Positions 23,901 to 39,200 of a stretch of DNA of 64,000 nt are shown one piece after another. The notes under the pieces were generated by a model. It made no database searches, was not told the origin of the DNA, and was given only the letters and a program-made list of their open reading frames with translations. The stretch's first letter is position 1, and each line of letters starts with the position of its first letter. A program made the translations under genes and the position numbers. The stretch comes from Octopus sinensis (lineage: Eukaryota): contig NC_042999.1 in NCBI RefSeq assembly GCF_006345805.1, positions 97,278,001-97,342,000 of the forward strand. Reading direction: 5' to 3'.

Positions 23901-26900
23901 GAAGATACATTGCAGAACAGTTATTTTAATGAGTTATATCTATTTGTCACCCAAAGAGACACATCTGCACTGTTATATGCTCCTGAACCAGTTAAGTATC
24001 CAACCTGTGAAGGAACGATGCTAGATGTGTTGAAACAATTGTAGTGATTAATCAACATTCTTGTATCTTCTGTCTCTTATTTACCACACACACACATTTG
24101 GGTGCATGTATTTGTGTCTATGAATATTTACATTTTACATATTTGCATGGAACTGAGTGAAAAGGAAACAGTAATGTTATGTTAACATTCCCTGTTAACA
24201 AATTGTCCTATAGCTCTTCATTTTTGAAGACAAGTGGAATAAAGTTAAGGGTTAACAATAAGAAGGACAGCTGGTTGAAAAATAAAATCTTGATAATGGG
24301 TCTTCATCCAACCTATGCTAGCATGGAGAAAGAGATGTAAAATGAACAAACATACAAACAGAAACTTTCCCTCTGATATTCGCTTTCATATTGACTTTTA
24401 ATAAACACCTTTATTATAACACAGTCATAATTTCATAGTAATACCATCATATTCTTTCAAACAAATCAATAACGTATGCTTAATTTTAAAAGTTTGTTGT
24501 TATATCAGATCCATAAATTATAAGGTATTTTAACCAGCCATATTCTACATGTTTCATGTCCAAACTGGTCAGATCTGGCCTCTCACACCTACCCTAAAAT
24601 GTAATTCTAAAAATATAGTCACATAATTGTAATTGCAAAGCTACAAGATAATGCATGACTAATTCAAAATAATGTGAATAAATAAGCATTACATTTGACA
24701 AAGCAATCTGAATTCTAAAGGGCTAAATTTTAGTGTCATTAAGTGGAAAGTTTTAGAAATTACAAGGTATTGAACAGAAGTAATGATTATTTATCCACTC
24801 AGTGGCATGTTCCAATTATTTTCAAAACTATACACATAACAAATGGGTGGTCATTTTTACAGAATACTGAACAGAAAGCTTATAAGTCTCACCTTTCTGC
24901 AAGTTATCAGAACCATTTGATTGTCCATTGGGTAGACTAGAGTTTGTACTACCAGCCTCATCACAACTGTCCATTTGTAAGGGTTTTAAACTATTGGTAA
25001 CATCATCATTCATAGCATTAGTTAACTGGGAGCCAAAGAGATTACGAGATAATGATTGGTTAGAGTGCTGGGCTACTGGGGGTGATGATGAAGAGTCAAT
25101 AATATCAATTGTCTGCTTCAACAATTCAGAAGTATTGTTGCCGTAGCTGGAAGCTAACTCACTGTCTCCACTCCCATGGGCTGCAAAGAAAAGGATGCAA
25201 ATGTCAATGTCACATTTAAAAAAGAATTTAGATTTAAGAATACATATTTACTATTTCTACATGAATACACCAGTTACAACATCAAGCATTTATCTGACAA
25301 TTTTAGTTAAAAAAGAGAATAGTAAAGTCTAGAAGATAACCACTCAACTGATAGGCATTAAATTACAAGCTATTGCTACTGTAAAAGCACCTATTCCTCG
25401 AAGCTGGTTACTCTATCTTCTCCATTCAGGCATCCCTTGCTCATTCATTTATCAAGCTTTCATCATCATTACCTCCAACCTACACTAGCTACTATGCCAA
25501 GATCTTTCATCCCAGAACATTAGCCTTCTGGAATGTTCCCCTCATTTCCTGCAACAGCTTAAACTTTAGTGACATCAAGCCTTGAAGGGCCTGCAAGTTT
25601 TATTCACTAAAACAAGGGAGCTTCTATGTTATTGCTTGACCTACAACAAGTGGCAGCTAAATCTCCCTCAAATCACATTCTACTGCATCAGAACTAACCA
25701 AAAGTTAAACAATAACAACACTCCATTAGATATATTTATATATTCTCTGAAACAATTCAAACAGATCTATATAAAATCAACAATAAAATGCTAGCCTCAA
25801 AAGAAAATCAGTTTATGACAAGTGACAAGTTTTTTTTGACTTGACTGACTTTACAAACTCTCAACATTTGTAAAGTACAGATGTACTTGACTGAAACAAC
25901 ATTAGTGTAATATATGTATTTTGTAGACTGCACAGGGATTACAAAGTCAGTCTATGTGAAAGCTAAACTCAGAGCAATGTAATGCTAAACTATTTTCAAT
26001 CAAAAATTAGACCAATTTTCTGTCTCAGCCATCTTTAACTCTTTTACAATATTAATCTATTTCATTTGGAGAATACAAATAAAGAGACATTCATTGTGCA
26101 GTTAAGGTGCTTGGCTATGGATCACATGGTCATTGGTTTAAAAGTTACAAAAGCCAATGTATTGTTTATTGCAGCAATGTATCTAATCACTTGTGTTCAA
26201 ACTTTGCTTCTATCACATCAGTATAACTAAGTTTAGCAGTAGAAAGAGGCTTGTTGGACAGCTGGTTAAAGAAATGTCTACTTCAACAATTTAAATACAA
26301 ATGTTCCAAATTACAATAACCACGCTACATGTGTCTGATGTGGAAAAAAATACATGAAATACGTAGAGGAAAATATGACAAAAGTGGTGAGAGAGTAGGG
26401 TGAAACGTGGAAAAAAAAATGAAGCCTCACCTGAATCCACTTGCTGTTCATCATCAGATGGTTGTAATCTTCCTAGTTCTAACTGTGTTTGAACACCAGA
26501 TGACAGATTACTTGTCTTCTTTGACTCACTGGTGGTCAAATTGCTCTTGTTACTCTTGCTCTCAAGTTGACAAGAGTTGACCAAACTGAGATTCAGGGAA
26601 GTATTGGTGGTCGACAAGCAGGAGATATTGCTTGATACAAGCAATTCTTCCAGCTTTCGACGCAGGATATTGTTGGTGTTGATACAGCGTTCCATTGATT
26701 TACGGAGATTTCGTAACTCAGCAAGGAACTCACGAATGTCAAACTTCTTGGATTTGCCTGGTACTGGAAAGAGATAAATCCAATTCAATCAAACATAGCA
26801 CTTTCAATCAATATAATTTATAATAATAACATAATGTTGGTAACAGCATACTGGTTTTTTTTTAAATTACTTTTTCAGATGACCTCAAAGACAGAGTTTT

Positions 26901-29900
26901 AGGGAAGGAAAAACTGAATGCATTTTGTAAGGGCATTAACCATGTACAGAAAATGAAATAGCTACGAAAAAAATTAAATCTAAACTAAGATTCAGCACTT
27001 TTGTATATGCTTATGTGTATAAGCACATGCATATGATAAAGTATACTTCATACAAAACCCAAAGTATTAGTAAAAATATTGTAGTTGGTTTGTGAAAATT
27101 CTCCACGTAATAAGAAATAAAATTTGATATTAAGAAAATAGATCATACCTTTAGTTTTCACTTCTAATTGCTCATACATATCCAGTTCTAACTTGAGTGT
27201 AGAATTTAAATTTTTATTCTCAGATAGTTGTTCCCTAAGGTCTTGCAGTTCCAATTCCAATCTATAATTAAAGAATATATAAAAGCTGTTAGTCATGAAC
27301 ATATAGACAATCTCTTCAAAAGTAATAACCGGAAATTTCAGAAATAGGTAAGACAGCAATGGAGCAAAAATATTAAGCAAACTAATTTTTAAAATATTTT
27401 TAACTATGGGGCATATTTGACATGAATGATTTTGGGTGTCAATTTTCAGTAGGAAGAAAGGTCAATATCAGTCAAAGATTTAAAAAAAAATTTACAATGA
27501 ATCAAGTGATTAGTAACAATAAAAATGATGATTAAGTTTCTTTGTTTTTTTTAAAAAAAATGATTGTTTGTTTACAATTAGCACATGATGTCAAGAAGAA
27601 GACACACAGATATATGCACAAATAAAATAGGCTTCTTTCAGTTTCTATCAACCAAATCCACCCACAAGGCTTTGGTTGTTTTGGAGCTATAATAAAAGAC
27701 ATTTGGTCAAAGGGCTGCATAATGGGACTGAACTCAAAATGACATGGTCGTGAAGCAAACTTCTTAACCATACAGCCATATTTCCTAGAATTAATCCATG
27801 TAAAACATCTATACAAGCTTACAAAATCCAAACCAGGTGGTGATATCTCTTTTTAATTTAATCATTTTAACATTTTTATATGAATATATTAACACAAGGT
27901 AATTATGACTGCCAGGCTGTATATGACATAGTAGCAATAATGATAAAATTCAGCTTTCCGACTTCAAACTCCATTTATGAAATCTACATTACTAATGCTA
28001 ACTAGCTAAATAGTTATAATTCAACACATTTTTGACAATCAGATGAATGTGATAACAGAAATGTTCTGCAATTTTTTTATCAGAGTCATGCATACCTAGT
28101 TTGGTACCAACATCTCCCTTAAATGTTGCAATAATACATTAATATCAATCACATTACCATCTATGATGATTCTTTAAAGCATTGGTGTTCTAGAGTCCTT
28201 ACAATATCTCAACAATAAACTACAACCACAAACGCACTACAATGTATTACTAATACTTTTGTGTTAAAGATGCTTTGCAATAATTCTATAATACTTTGGT
28301 ACCAAAAAACCATTTAAAATTTATCATTAATGCATTGGCATCACACAGCCCCAGCATTATCTTCCTAATAATTGGAGCCAACATGACAAAATTATTTTGT
28401 CATCATCAATTAAAATCTGTTTTCCATGTTGGCATGGGTTGGATGGTTTGACAGGAATTGGAAAGCCAAAGACTGCACCAAGTCCCGTTATCTGCTTTGG
28501 CATGGTTTCTATGGCTGAATGCCCTTCCTAATGCCTATGCGAATTTTATGAGTAGTGGAAGTGCGTGGCTAAGTGGTTAGGGTGTTGGACTCACAAACAC
28601 AAGATTGTAGTTTCGATTCCTGCCGGGCGACGTATTGCGTTCTTGAGTAAAACACTTCATTTCACGTTGCTCCAGTCTACTCAGCTGAGTAATCCTGCAA
28701 TGGACCAAGTGTCCCATCCAAGTGGGGAATTTATATGCCATGAAAACTGGGAAATCAGCCCCAATGAGTCAGTATAACTCGAGAAGATGATGATGATGGT
28801 GATAATTGCATGTTAACAGTACCAAAGCATCTCTAAATTCATATAGAATCCTTGATAGTAGAATACATTAAGCCTCTCTTCCAGTATCTCCTTCAGTTGT
28901 ATTTAGGCGAAGCCAATAATCATAAGCATTCCAATGAAAACAATTTTTTTAAGCAATGTATCTAGGACTATATCATCCTGTCTCTTCTTTTATAATGGTG
29001 TATGGTGTAATGTGGAGAGAGATTTAGTTGCTACTTCTAGCTAATCAAGCAACCCTGGACAAACTTCCTCAGCTTATCTATTAATTTTTTGTAGATATTT
29101 AGTAATAAGTTTATTAAGACAAATAAAAAACAAAAAGGGATAAAAATATATGAACTCCCCCACTTTTTTCTGTCATACACAGATAGAGACAACCAAGAAC
29201 ACAGATCATGGAGCAGATTTTGAGATTTCGAGCAACTGAAAGCATTTCTTAAGCCTCTTCTCTCATACACTTCTATTCATAAACTATTCAAACAAAGATA
29301 ACATGTAATAGAATCCACAGAAAATAACTTCAATATTTAAAGAGTATCTCACGTTTGTATCTGCGATCGAGCCTCTTTTAATTGCTCTTTTAGTTGGTCT
29401 ATCTGAGTATCTTTTTGTTGAAGAAGATTATTTTTTTCCTCCAACTGTGTTGTTTTGTCTTGTAAGTCCTGAGACAGCTGTTCAATTCGATTGTGCCTAT
29501 GGTCCAGTTCAGTCTGCTGATCACTGAGAACATCTTGTAAATAAGTTAGTTGGCGTTTTTGTTCCTCTAATTGGGCAATATCTTTAGCTACACTTGTTGG
29601 AGATCCTTGGAACAGAACAAATAAAAGTGAAAAATATTAAATTACACAATGGTTGTTACAATAAATAGATAAATAAATTTAAGAGAGTAAGCTATATCTA
29701 TGTTATCATGATGTATTTTCAATGCTATTTGTAAATTGTGTTACCTATATAGTTACAATAAATATGATAGCAAAAGCTTTAAAGCAAAAGACAGATTCCA
29801 AGTAGACCAAATTAATCAAATATGTCAGTTTTGATAATCAGGTGAAGCCAAATCACTTCATTAACATTATTAAGGCAGACACATCACGCAATCTCAAATC

Positions 29901-31031
29901 CCTCTTCATTGAATTTTGTAAGATTTTGTATAAATTAAACAATCGTATGATATAAAGAATAAAGTTAAGGAAAGAATATTTTTTATAAGGCATATTATCA
30001 AGAGAAGAGTAAATTAATAGACAGACAATTCAATAAAGCAAAGAGAGATTGCTTGAGAATTATAAAATGTCACAAACCAATATTTTCAATATCTATAATT
30101 GATTTAAAAAAAAAATAAAACCTTCACCAGCTAATGAGGAGTTTCTACATAGTACTAGCATAATTAATATCACAACCAAATCTCCCATGTTCAACTATCT
30201 GCTTTCTATAAACAGGGGGCTAGATGTTTTAAGAATCTGTTCAATGAACACCAATATACTATTTGACAATTACTCATATAACTTCAGAGGTACTAAATGC
30301 CAGTGGTCTCAAATAAGAGGTGAATTCAGAACAGGGAAGTAGTGAATAAGGTAAAAGTCAATAAAGATAGGATTATCCTGATTAAAAACACCAATTATTT
30401 ATCTAATGACTGCAAAACTTAGATGTGCCTAGTCATTGTGAGTGAAACTATTTAGATACCACAAGCCTCTCCAGTCATAACCGACTGGTGATAGATACTT
30501 GATGCCATAGCTCTGTCATAGCTGACCAAACCTGCCTTAATTCATATCTATCTAGTCTTAGCTGAATGGGATTCATTTTTGTGATTCCCAAGTGTGTTCA
30601 GGCACTGTTATCTGTGGTTATCAAAAACTTGAAAATATCTCATTTAAATTGTATAAACTCTCTCTCCAGTAATACATATATCTAAAAAAAAATAATAATA
30701 AAAAAATAAAAAGAACTGAAAGAAAATGTGCAACTAAAACAGCAAAAATGTATGTGGCATGAGAAAACAGTACCAGGGTAAAGCTATCAAAATTACTTGC
30801 TTCAAATCAAACATGCAATATAAATGAGAGTAGGGTTAAAACCGTGAAATAAGCAAGGGAAATAACTGAATAGTGAATACAGTGTGTGCGGAAATAATTG
30901 TAGCTTAACAAGGGATTATTTTTGTATTATCTTAGCAGCAACATTGTAACACAAATACAACAGGGTGGGGAACAATATTTTCTGGATTTTATTTGGACTT
31001 AGTGAATCAGTCTATATATATATATAAATAT

Positions 31032-31063
<32 letters not shown>

Positions 31064-31143
31064 AATATATATATATACACACATATATATACATATATAT
31101 ATATCATCACCAGATACCTTAACCTGAATGATGATGATATATA

Positions 31144-31201
<58 letters not shown>

Positions 31202-34200
31202 TTAAAACAAAAATGGAATAAAATGAAATAAATCCAGAAAAGAAAGCAACAAACAAGTTTTAAGATGTGACCAATTTTAGAAATCTGGGTCTCATATTCC
31301 CTTGTTAAAACAAACACCCTGCCTGTTGTCCTAAACTACTTAACTGTAGATTAATCAAGACAAGATAATAGTGACAATAATTCCATCTCAACAGGAAAGT
31401 CTACTATATAGATATTTCTAGAATCTTAATGGGCAATACTGAATTTTTTAAAAACATTTCTTGAATTATATAAGGTTGATCAACTATACAGAGAGAGCTT
31501 GTATATGGTTGAATGACCTGCAAGATATAGCAACTAAATCTCCTTTAAATGACACTACTGTCTCTAACAAAAAAAAAAAAAAAACTCCTTAATAATGCAG
31601 CTCTCAATACACTATGCTTAAAATCAAGATGAGATGGTCTCAGCTGCAGCATCTTTGATTTTAGCCTGCTCAACCATGGCTGGCCTAACAAGAGAAATAT
31701 TTGATATTTCTCTTGTTTTATGTTCAAACCAACCAGATCTGGCCTCTCACACCTACCCTACAGTATTATTCTAAAAACAAAGAATCATACCATCAAATCT
31801 CAAAGCTACAAGATAATGTATTATTAACTCAAAACAGTGAAAATACACAAGTATTACATTTGACAGAGCAATTTGAATTCTAAAGAGTTTGTCTGTAACT
31901 ATAACAGAACTAGTAATTATTAAATAGTTCTAAAATCTGACATTTACAAGGAAAGGAAATTATATTGTATGCTGTTCATGTCCTTTCTCTGAGCATTAGT
32001 GATGCAAGAAAAGTGGAATGGCTACAGCAAAGAATCATAGCCAGATTAAAAAACGCTTCCCACTACAAGTTTACCTCTCAGCATTAGATGAAATGTAAGG
32101 TAACAGTTTAATTAGAGACTTTTATTAAGTGTAACAAGATTTAATTTCACAAACACACACCAAGTGAAAATATAATTACAAGTCTGAGTAAAGCGAGGAG
32201 AAAAATAAGCTTAAAAGCAATTTGAAATTTGCCAAGCATTTAGAGAAATCTTGGGGAACAGCTAAACAAGATCAATAAATTACATAGGTTGTAGTATTTA
32301 GGAGTTGGTAAAAGGAAAGTCCTGACACAGTGTCAAAGATTGATTGTTCTTACTCCATTGATGCTTTTGGAGGGAAAGTATAAAGATTTCAACATTAGAC
32401 TAACTCTATAGAGATTTGTGTCTACTCAAAGCTATTCTAAATAGTCCCGTTGTTTTATACTTTGTGACAGTTATGAAGAGTGGCACAGAGTTAATAGGAT
32501 CAGTGGAAGGAGAAGACAATGGCAGCATCACTTGGTACCAAAGAAACAGTAAATGTTAAATATATTGAAAACACACATGAACAAAATGGAGTTTTGATTA
32601 ATTAAGCCTTTAGTTTTATTTATATTTAATCAAGGACACCAATTTCTTCAAAATACGAATATGGTAATATAGTACTTAATAGATGAAAATGATTACCAAA
32701 CAAAATTGAAGTTTTTAGGTTAGACTGAAATCTGCATTATAACATTTGTACTTTTTCTAAAGGAAGTGAAATAACTATAACTGGTAGACAGAGATGCATG
32801 TTACCAGGAACCTTCTTTCCCAAACTCTTAATGGGTAGGTGAATCCCCATTAAAGGCTCTCTCTTTATGTGCCAAGTCATGAGTAAGTCAACCTGGAAGA
32901 ACTATCCTTTCAGATTAGTGACTGCAACCATAAATAGCAGTATAGGGAAGAGAAATGGCTCAACAAGGAATTGAACATGCATTGCAGACGTAGTACAAGT
33001 GCATATCACAACTCCAAAGTTATTTGTATGTCTTCTTACTCTATATTAATAAACTATTCAATGAAAACTGAAATACCAAGAGTTGTTTTACCTGATAGAA
33101 ATAGCAGTCAAATGTCACACCACACCTTACTTTCTAAACAGAAAAAGGACATTGGACAATATAGTCCAAGAAATAAGACACATAAAATTGTATGGAAAGA
33201 AGAATGGAACATCTTGATCATAGATCTGCTAGTCTGGCTGATCTGGGACTCAACAACACTATAATAACTATATTAACCTATTTATGATAGAGCTCTTGCA
33301 ACAACACTTAAAGCTGTTCTCTTTAAATAGTATCAGTGAAAGGCATATAAAACAACTTTACAATTTGTTGGAGTGAAATATAAACAAGTATTTGACTTTC
33401 AGATTTCAGAGCTGAAACACTATAAAATCAGCACATGAATGTTATGCAAATCAAAATAGATAAAAACAATGAAAATGTCAGGATGAGAGGGATAATTAAA
33501 TGCAATGATGAAAACAAGCTAGACATATTTTTCAACATGTTAAAAAAAAAGAAGTTTAAAATACAAACATCCTCGAAAATACAATTCTAAATTAGTACTC
33601 TAAACGGTTCTTAACAAACAAGCACAAAATTCAACTGAAACCTAAAATATGGCTTTTTAAAAGAGAGCAGAGGAATTTGGAAATCATTATTACAAACTAA
33701 GTAGAAGTAGAATGATTGAGTGGACAATGTATTGGGTTAATAGCTAAAAAAAAAAAGTTTGTGAGTTCAAATCCACTGTAATTGTTTCATATTGTCATTG
33801 TTCACATAACTACATGTCTCAGTCGACCTAGCTGCAACAAACATGATGCACACTTCTAGGAAAATCTACATGTGACATACTAACATCATATCCACATAGT
33901 GCTACAGAAACTGAAGTGAAGTATCTGCTTTATGAAATGGATCCTTATAGTGATTTGGAAAAGATTAACCTTTGACTATAAACTATAGCATGCAGGTGAA
34001 TTAACCCTATTTCTGACAAGTTTCACATTAAAACACTGTTTTAACTGTTTCAAGTCAGAAATGGAGTTGTTGAGAAAGGTTTAATGGGGAGAGAGAAGAA
34101 CGAAAAACAGTTAAGAAAAGAAGCTAAATACATCCACACAAACACACACACACACACACACTTACACAGCACACAAAAATACTAACCACATGAAAATTGT

Positions 34201-36236
34201 TTACACTGTCATAACGTCTGGAATACAGAATCCCAAACATGAGGGGCTACAAAACACAAAAACAGTTAAATGTTTCTTCTAGTATTCTGGAGCAACAGTT
34301 TGATCTGAGATGATTGTACAGTTAAATTATTCAAAGAATTCACAAACAACAGGATTTTTCCATTAGCAATGCAACAGAAAAGACGAGAGTCTCGCAATAG
34401 TATACATATTTTAAAAACTAATTCATCTTCCTTGAAATTGTTGTTGGTGCAATCACCATCATCTTGCAACAACAATTTACACTTTTAAAAGATTTCTACT
34501 ACTGCCACCACCCACCACCATCATCATCTTATTTCCTCACTACTATATCATCATTATCATAATAAACTTTTCACCACTACTGCTTCTATCACCTCTTCAT
34601 CCTCCTACCCCTCACTGCTGTTGCTGTTATCATCTTCAGAAAACTGTTGGCTGATTATATAGTTTGAATCTCACCACTTAGGACAAACTCCTACAGTTAA
34701 TGTAAGACGATGTAGGTTAGATTAGGTAAGAGCTATGTAAGCCCAGTTAACAACTGTTGGTATATCAATTTGCCAATGTTCACACCTAATCAATATTTTT
34801 GCACATTTTGTCTCCAGTTTCATTGCTGATCATTCAACATTAAGTGGGAAGTTGTGACATTCAAGCCTATTTCAAAATTATTAGTAATGAAAACAGCTTC
34901 AACCAAACATTAAAACTAAACAAGAGATTGTTTTTCTTAGACAATTTAACTAATCATAATCTGTTACTGATATATATATTATTGCTTCCAAAAAGATGAA
35001 AGGTACTGTACTGTTCTACTAATTAATCTGCTTCTTTTACCTAATATAACTGTATGAATTTTAAAACATCAAAGACATTCAACAATTTGGGATGTAGTTG
35101 CTTCCAACCACAGTCCAACATGTGGCTCACAGGCATGGCCTTCTCTCGCTCTCTCTGCCTTTTCTACTGCAACTATATAGACTATGTGGACCTCTGCTCA
35201 TTAGAGCTGGCTGGTTTTGTGCCATCTCCACTAATTTACTTGTCTCTTTTGTTGTCATCTATGTCATGTCCACCCTACTCTAACTACCTCCAGTATTTTC
35301 TCCTCAGAACACTGAGCTCTCCTAAAGTTCCCTCCTTTCCCATGTTTAACCCTCAATCATTGATTTGTTCAAAAGAACATGAACTGTGCCATTTTCACCA
35401 GTCTTGGTGGGCATACAAAGGCCATGGACACACTTCCTTTTTGTAGACCAATGAAATAACAAAACATTGACTTCTAAGTATTTAATTTGAAGTGGAAAGC
35501 TAATTGACTGCATCAACTTAAATCATTTATTATTTTAGCAATCTAATAGAAATGAATGGAAAGTGAAGTCTGCTCCCAACTCCATGCAAGAGTAGAACTG
35601 AGAAACAAGATAGTGAGTAAGATTCTGCAAAACATTCTGGTTCAGCTCCTTATATTGTCTGATCCAAGCTAAAAATATATTAGGCATTGTAGTTTTTCAA
35701 GCTACTGGCAAACAAAACCATTTCCAAAAGTAAGGAAAAATATGAAGCTTCTGTCCAGATAAACCAATGGATGGATTACTGAAGCACAAAAGAAAGATGG
35801 AAGAATTAGCTAGTAGGTTACTATATTGTTACCAATAATTGTTTAAAATGATTTACCACCATCACCACCACCACCACCTCCATGGAATGAAAGATCAAGA
35901 GTGGGGTTCACAACTCATGGAAAAAACAAAACAAAATAAAAACTTAAACACTTGAAATGGACAAACTGGAACAAGCTGTAAATTTGAAGGCATAAACTGT
36001 CATCATATGAAGCAGAAAAATGTTTGAATGAATTGAAGCATTACATCACCATATTACCATCACTACCATATCTTAATATGCTACCACATCACTTTATTGG
36101 TGTTACTACATCAATCTACATTATACTTCTTTACTTCTACTGGATTTGTAGTCACACACCATCACATTTCCTTACACAACAAATATCTTAATACTATTAT
36201 ATCCTATAAGACACTTTACAAAAACACATTAAAATC

Positions 36237-36282
<46 letters not shown>

Positions 36283-39200
36283 TACATATATTATAACTGA
36301 AAGGCTCTGATTTCCAGTACTCAGTTGCTTGTTTCTGTTAAAATGTATTAAAGAATACTCTGAGTCCTGTAATTTATCACTTTTGGTGAATCAACAGATT
36401 TTATACACACACACACAAACACAACAAAACAAATCAACAAAGTAGAATGAATGACTAATGAAAACTTGCTTAAGAAATAAGACACTCAAGTTCCCCAACA
36501 AAATTAGCTAAATTAACCACCACTACCAATGTCACTTGCCAACCCATAACCTTTTAAGCATGTAACATGCTGGACAGTGAATGGCTAGCAGTGCACAGTG
36601 AATGTTAACTCAAAAAAAATGGAGACAAACTAGATTAGAAATATCAATTTTGCTGCCTGAGATCTATGGATCAGGACACTGCTATATCTTACTCAAGTAC
36701 AGCAAGAATTGTTTGATAAAACCACTACCATCACTGCATTTGAATAGACAAAAGCCCATTTCTGTAAGGTTGTCATTTATTAAATTGATCTACAAGTGAA
36801 TTATCTTACCAATTCTGGAATGACAAAAAGAATTTCTTTAAAAAAAAAATTGGATTCCAGAAAATTCTGAACTGCTTAGTGCACTAGGTAAAATAGCTTA
36901 AAGCATCTAAAATGGTTCACTTTCACTCATCACTGTAACAATAACAACAAAATCAAAATAATTTACTCAAAAGTAAACTTGTGAATTCTTATCTTACTTT
37001 ATATCAGTGAATCAATTCAAAGATATTCAGCAAAAGCTGAAAGATAGTACCAGAAAGTGGTTCTAGAATTGTAATTACAGATAACTACAATGTTTTTTGC
37101 ATCAAATAATGTAGAAGGTGACGCAAGTGTTAAAACTGTGAAACTTTATATGAAGAGTTCAAGATAAAGACTGTGAAGACCATTATAGCTAACAACGAAG
37201 GCAGTTTCCTGAACTTTATTCACCTACTTCAAACCTGAGCAACTTTTTTCATTAACTCAGTCTCTAACAGTACCCTCAATTACTCCAATGGGTTATCTAA
37301 GTTGGCCGTTAGTTTTCAATTAATGACTGAGATGTAGTTATCTAGGTACTTAAAATTCTGATTCCTATCAGAATTAAAAGACTGTTTTGTGCACCTAATT
37401 TTTAAAATAATATAGCAAAGTCCCTGCAAAGTTAAATCAATGGTGTTATATTGAGTCTATTACATAGAGTGTGAATAGGTTTTCAAAGAAATACCTCATT
37501 TGACAATTTACTAATATTATGATCAAATATATAAGCAATTCAATGGTTAAAGAGGTAATTTTCATTAAATGTTTGAAACCAGAGCTTTTAAATTATCATA
37601 AGCCACATGACTTTCATTGATTTGAACTTGGTGTTTATAACTCAGTGTATATCATAGACTTTCTCTCCATCTTTGCAATGGTTGACTAATAAATGTTTTT
37701 TTTTTTAAGATATTATATTTATATTAGAATCTTTATGGCTAAAATATCAAATAAAATTTGTTTTACCTTTATTTTACAAATATTGTTTTAGTTTTGACCC
37801 TAAATATACCCCCTGATAGTTGTTTAACATTACTTCAAGGAAGTTACCATTTTTTATTTATATATATAAATCATGATTCTTCAACAGCTGCAAAATATAA
37901 GAAGCCAGTGTTTCATAAACAAATGTTATATACTTAGAATGTTGAGTAATAACTGAGGTGTACATACCTTTTATTCTGTCATGGTTAAGTAAAGTAACCA
38001 ATTTTTCTTGCAGTCGTTCATTCCGATCAACAGTTCCTTCAAGTTTGATTCTCTGAGCTCGCAGCTCCATGAGATACTTGTGGAAAGATTCCAACTGACT
38101 GACATTGAGGCTTTGGTTTGAAGACATGTTCAAGGAGTTTGCTGTAGATGTTTCCAAAAAGTTGTAAACACTTATTTCATGCTGTAAGGTGTTACTTAAA
38201 TCCTGTGACACCATCAAATGGGATCGGATAACATCTTTGGAAGAGATTGCATTGGAAGGAGATGAAGGAAGACTTTTTGTATAAAAAGAACTTTCGTTGC
38301 TAACAGACAACCGGCTCTGGGGATATTTTGGAAGACTACCATTATATGACTGATTGGCCTCCAAATGATTAGTCTTTGATGGAGAATTATTAGTCTGTTT
38401 GGAGAAGTGCTGACTATCCAAGCTTTCAACTTGGCCTGGCTCAGAACTTTTGGAATTGTAATGGGAGGAGAGATAAGAATCAGTCTTATCTTGAGACCAT
38501 TTCAATTGACCTGAGTTCCGGTAAAATTCATTTAGAGAGCCAGAGTTATCAGCTCCTACTATTCCTGAAAGACTGTGTTTATTTGGAATGCAAGCATCTA
38601 CTGTTGAGTGTTCATTCTGATATTGCTCTAAACCATTACTGTACATATCAGTCAGAGGTTTAGAACTGACACAATTCTGCTTTGGCAGCTGCATCTTGGT
38701 ATTATCAGTAGAGTTCATAGACATAAGTTTAGATACAGGTTTATCCAAATCGGGGCTGTCATGACCAAGCAGTGTTCCATCTGTTGCCATGGTTGCTGCC
38801 TCTGCTAGTATACGCATGGACTTTAAGGCATTTTCACTCAAAGTATCCAACGTATTTTGGTCCATACTTAATGTACTGCAAATTGAAAATAGAAATTTAT
38901 AAAAGTCAGGAAATAATAGAAAGGAGTCATCGGAATATTCAATCAGAAATTAAATCAATTTTCAAATCACAAAATATTTTAACCATCACTGTGCTGGTTT
39001 ATAAATCAAATTATATAAACAACTAGCAGTATCGCCGGCGTTGCTCAGGTTTGTAAGGGAAATAACTATAAAGCACTTTTAGAGAGTTATAGCCAAAAAA
39101 TAGCAAAAAAATGGAAAAAAATGATGGTAATTTTTTTTTTAGTTAAAAAAGGTGAAGTTGCGTCCCCTAGACAGTTTGCGGTTTGTGTTTCTGCTTCTCG

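Noticed and set aside
24920-24960. EB1-binding SxIP motif (SSLP in exon J; SQLP in exon M)
   Set aside because: SSLP lies in an acidic context lacking basic flanks; SQLP lies in the conserved FW helix region.
34266-34640. Acidic-looking frame as a cassette exon between F and G
   Set aside because: Upstream part is (GAT)/(GGT) microsatellite with stops; the only phase-1 donor is weak (gtatac).
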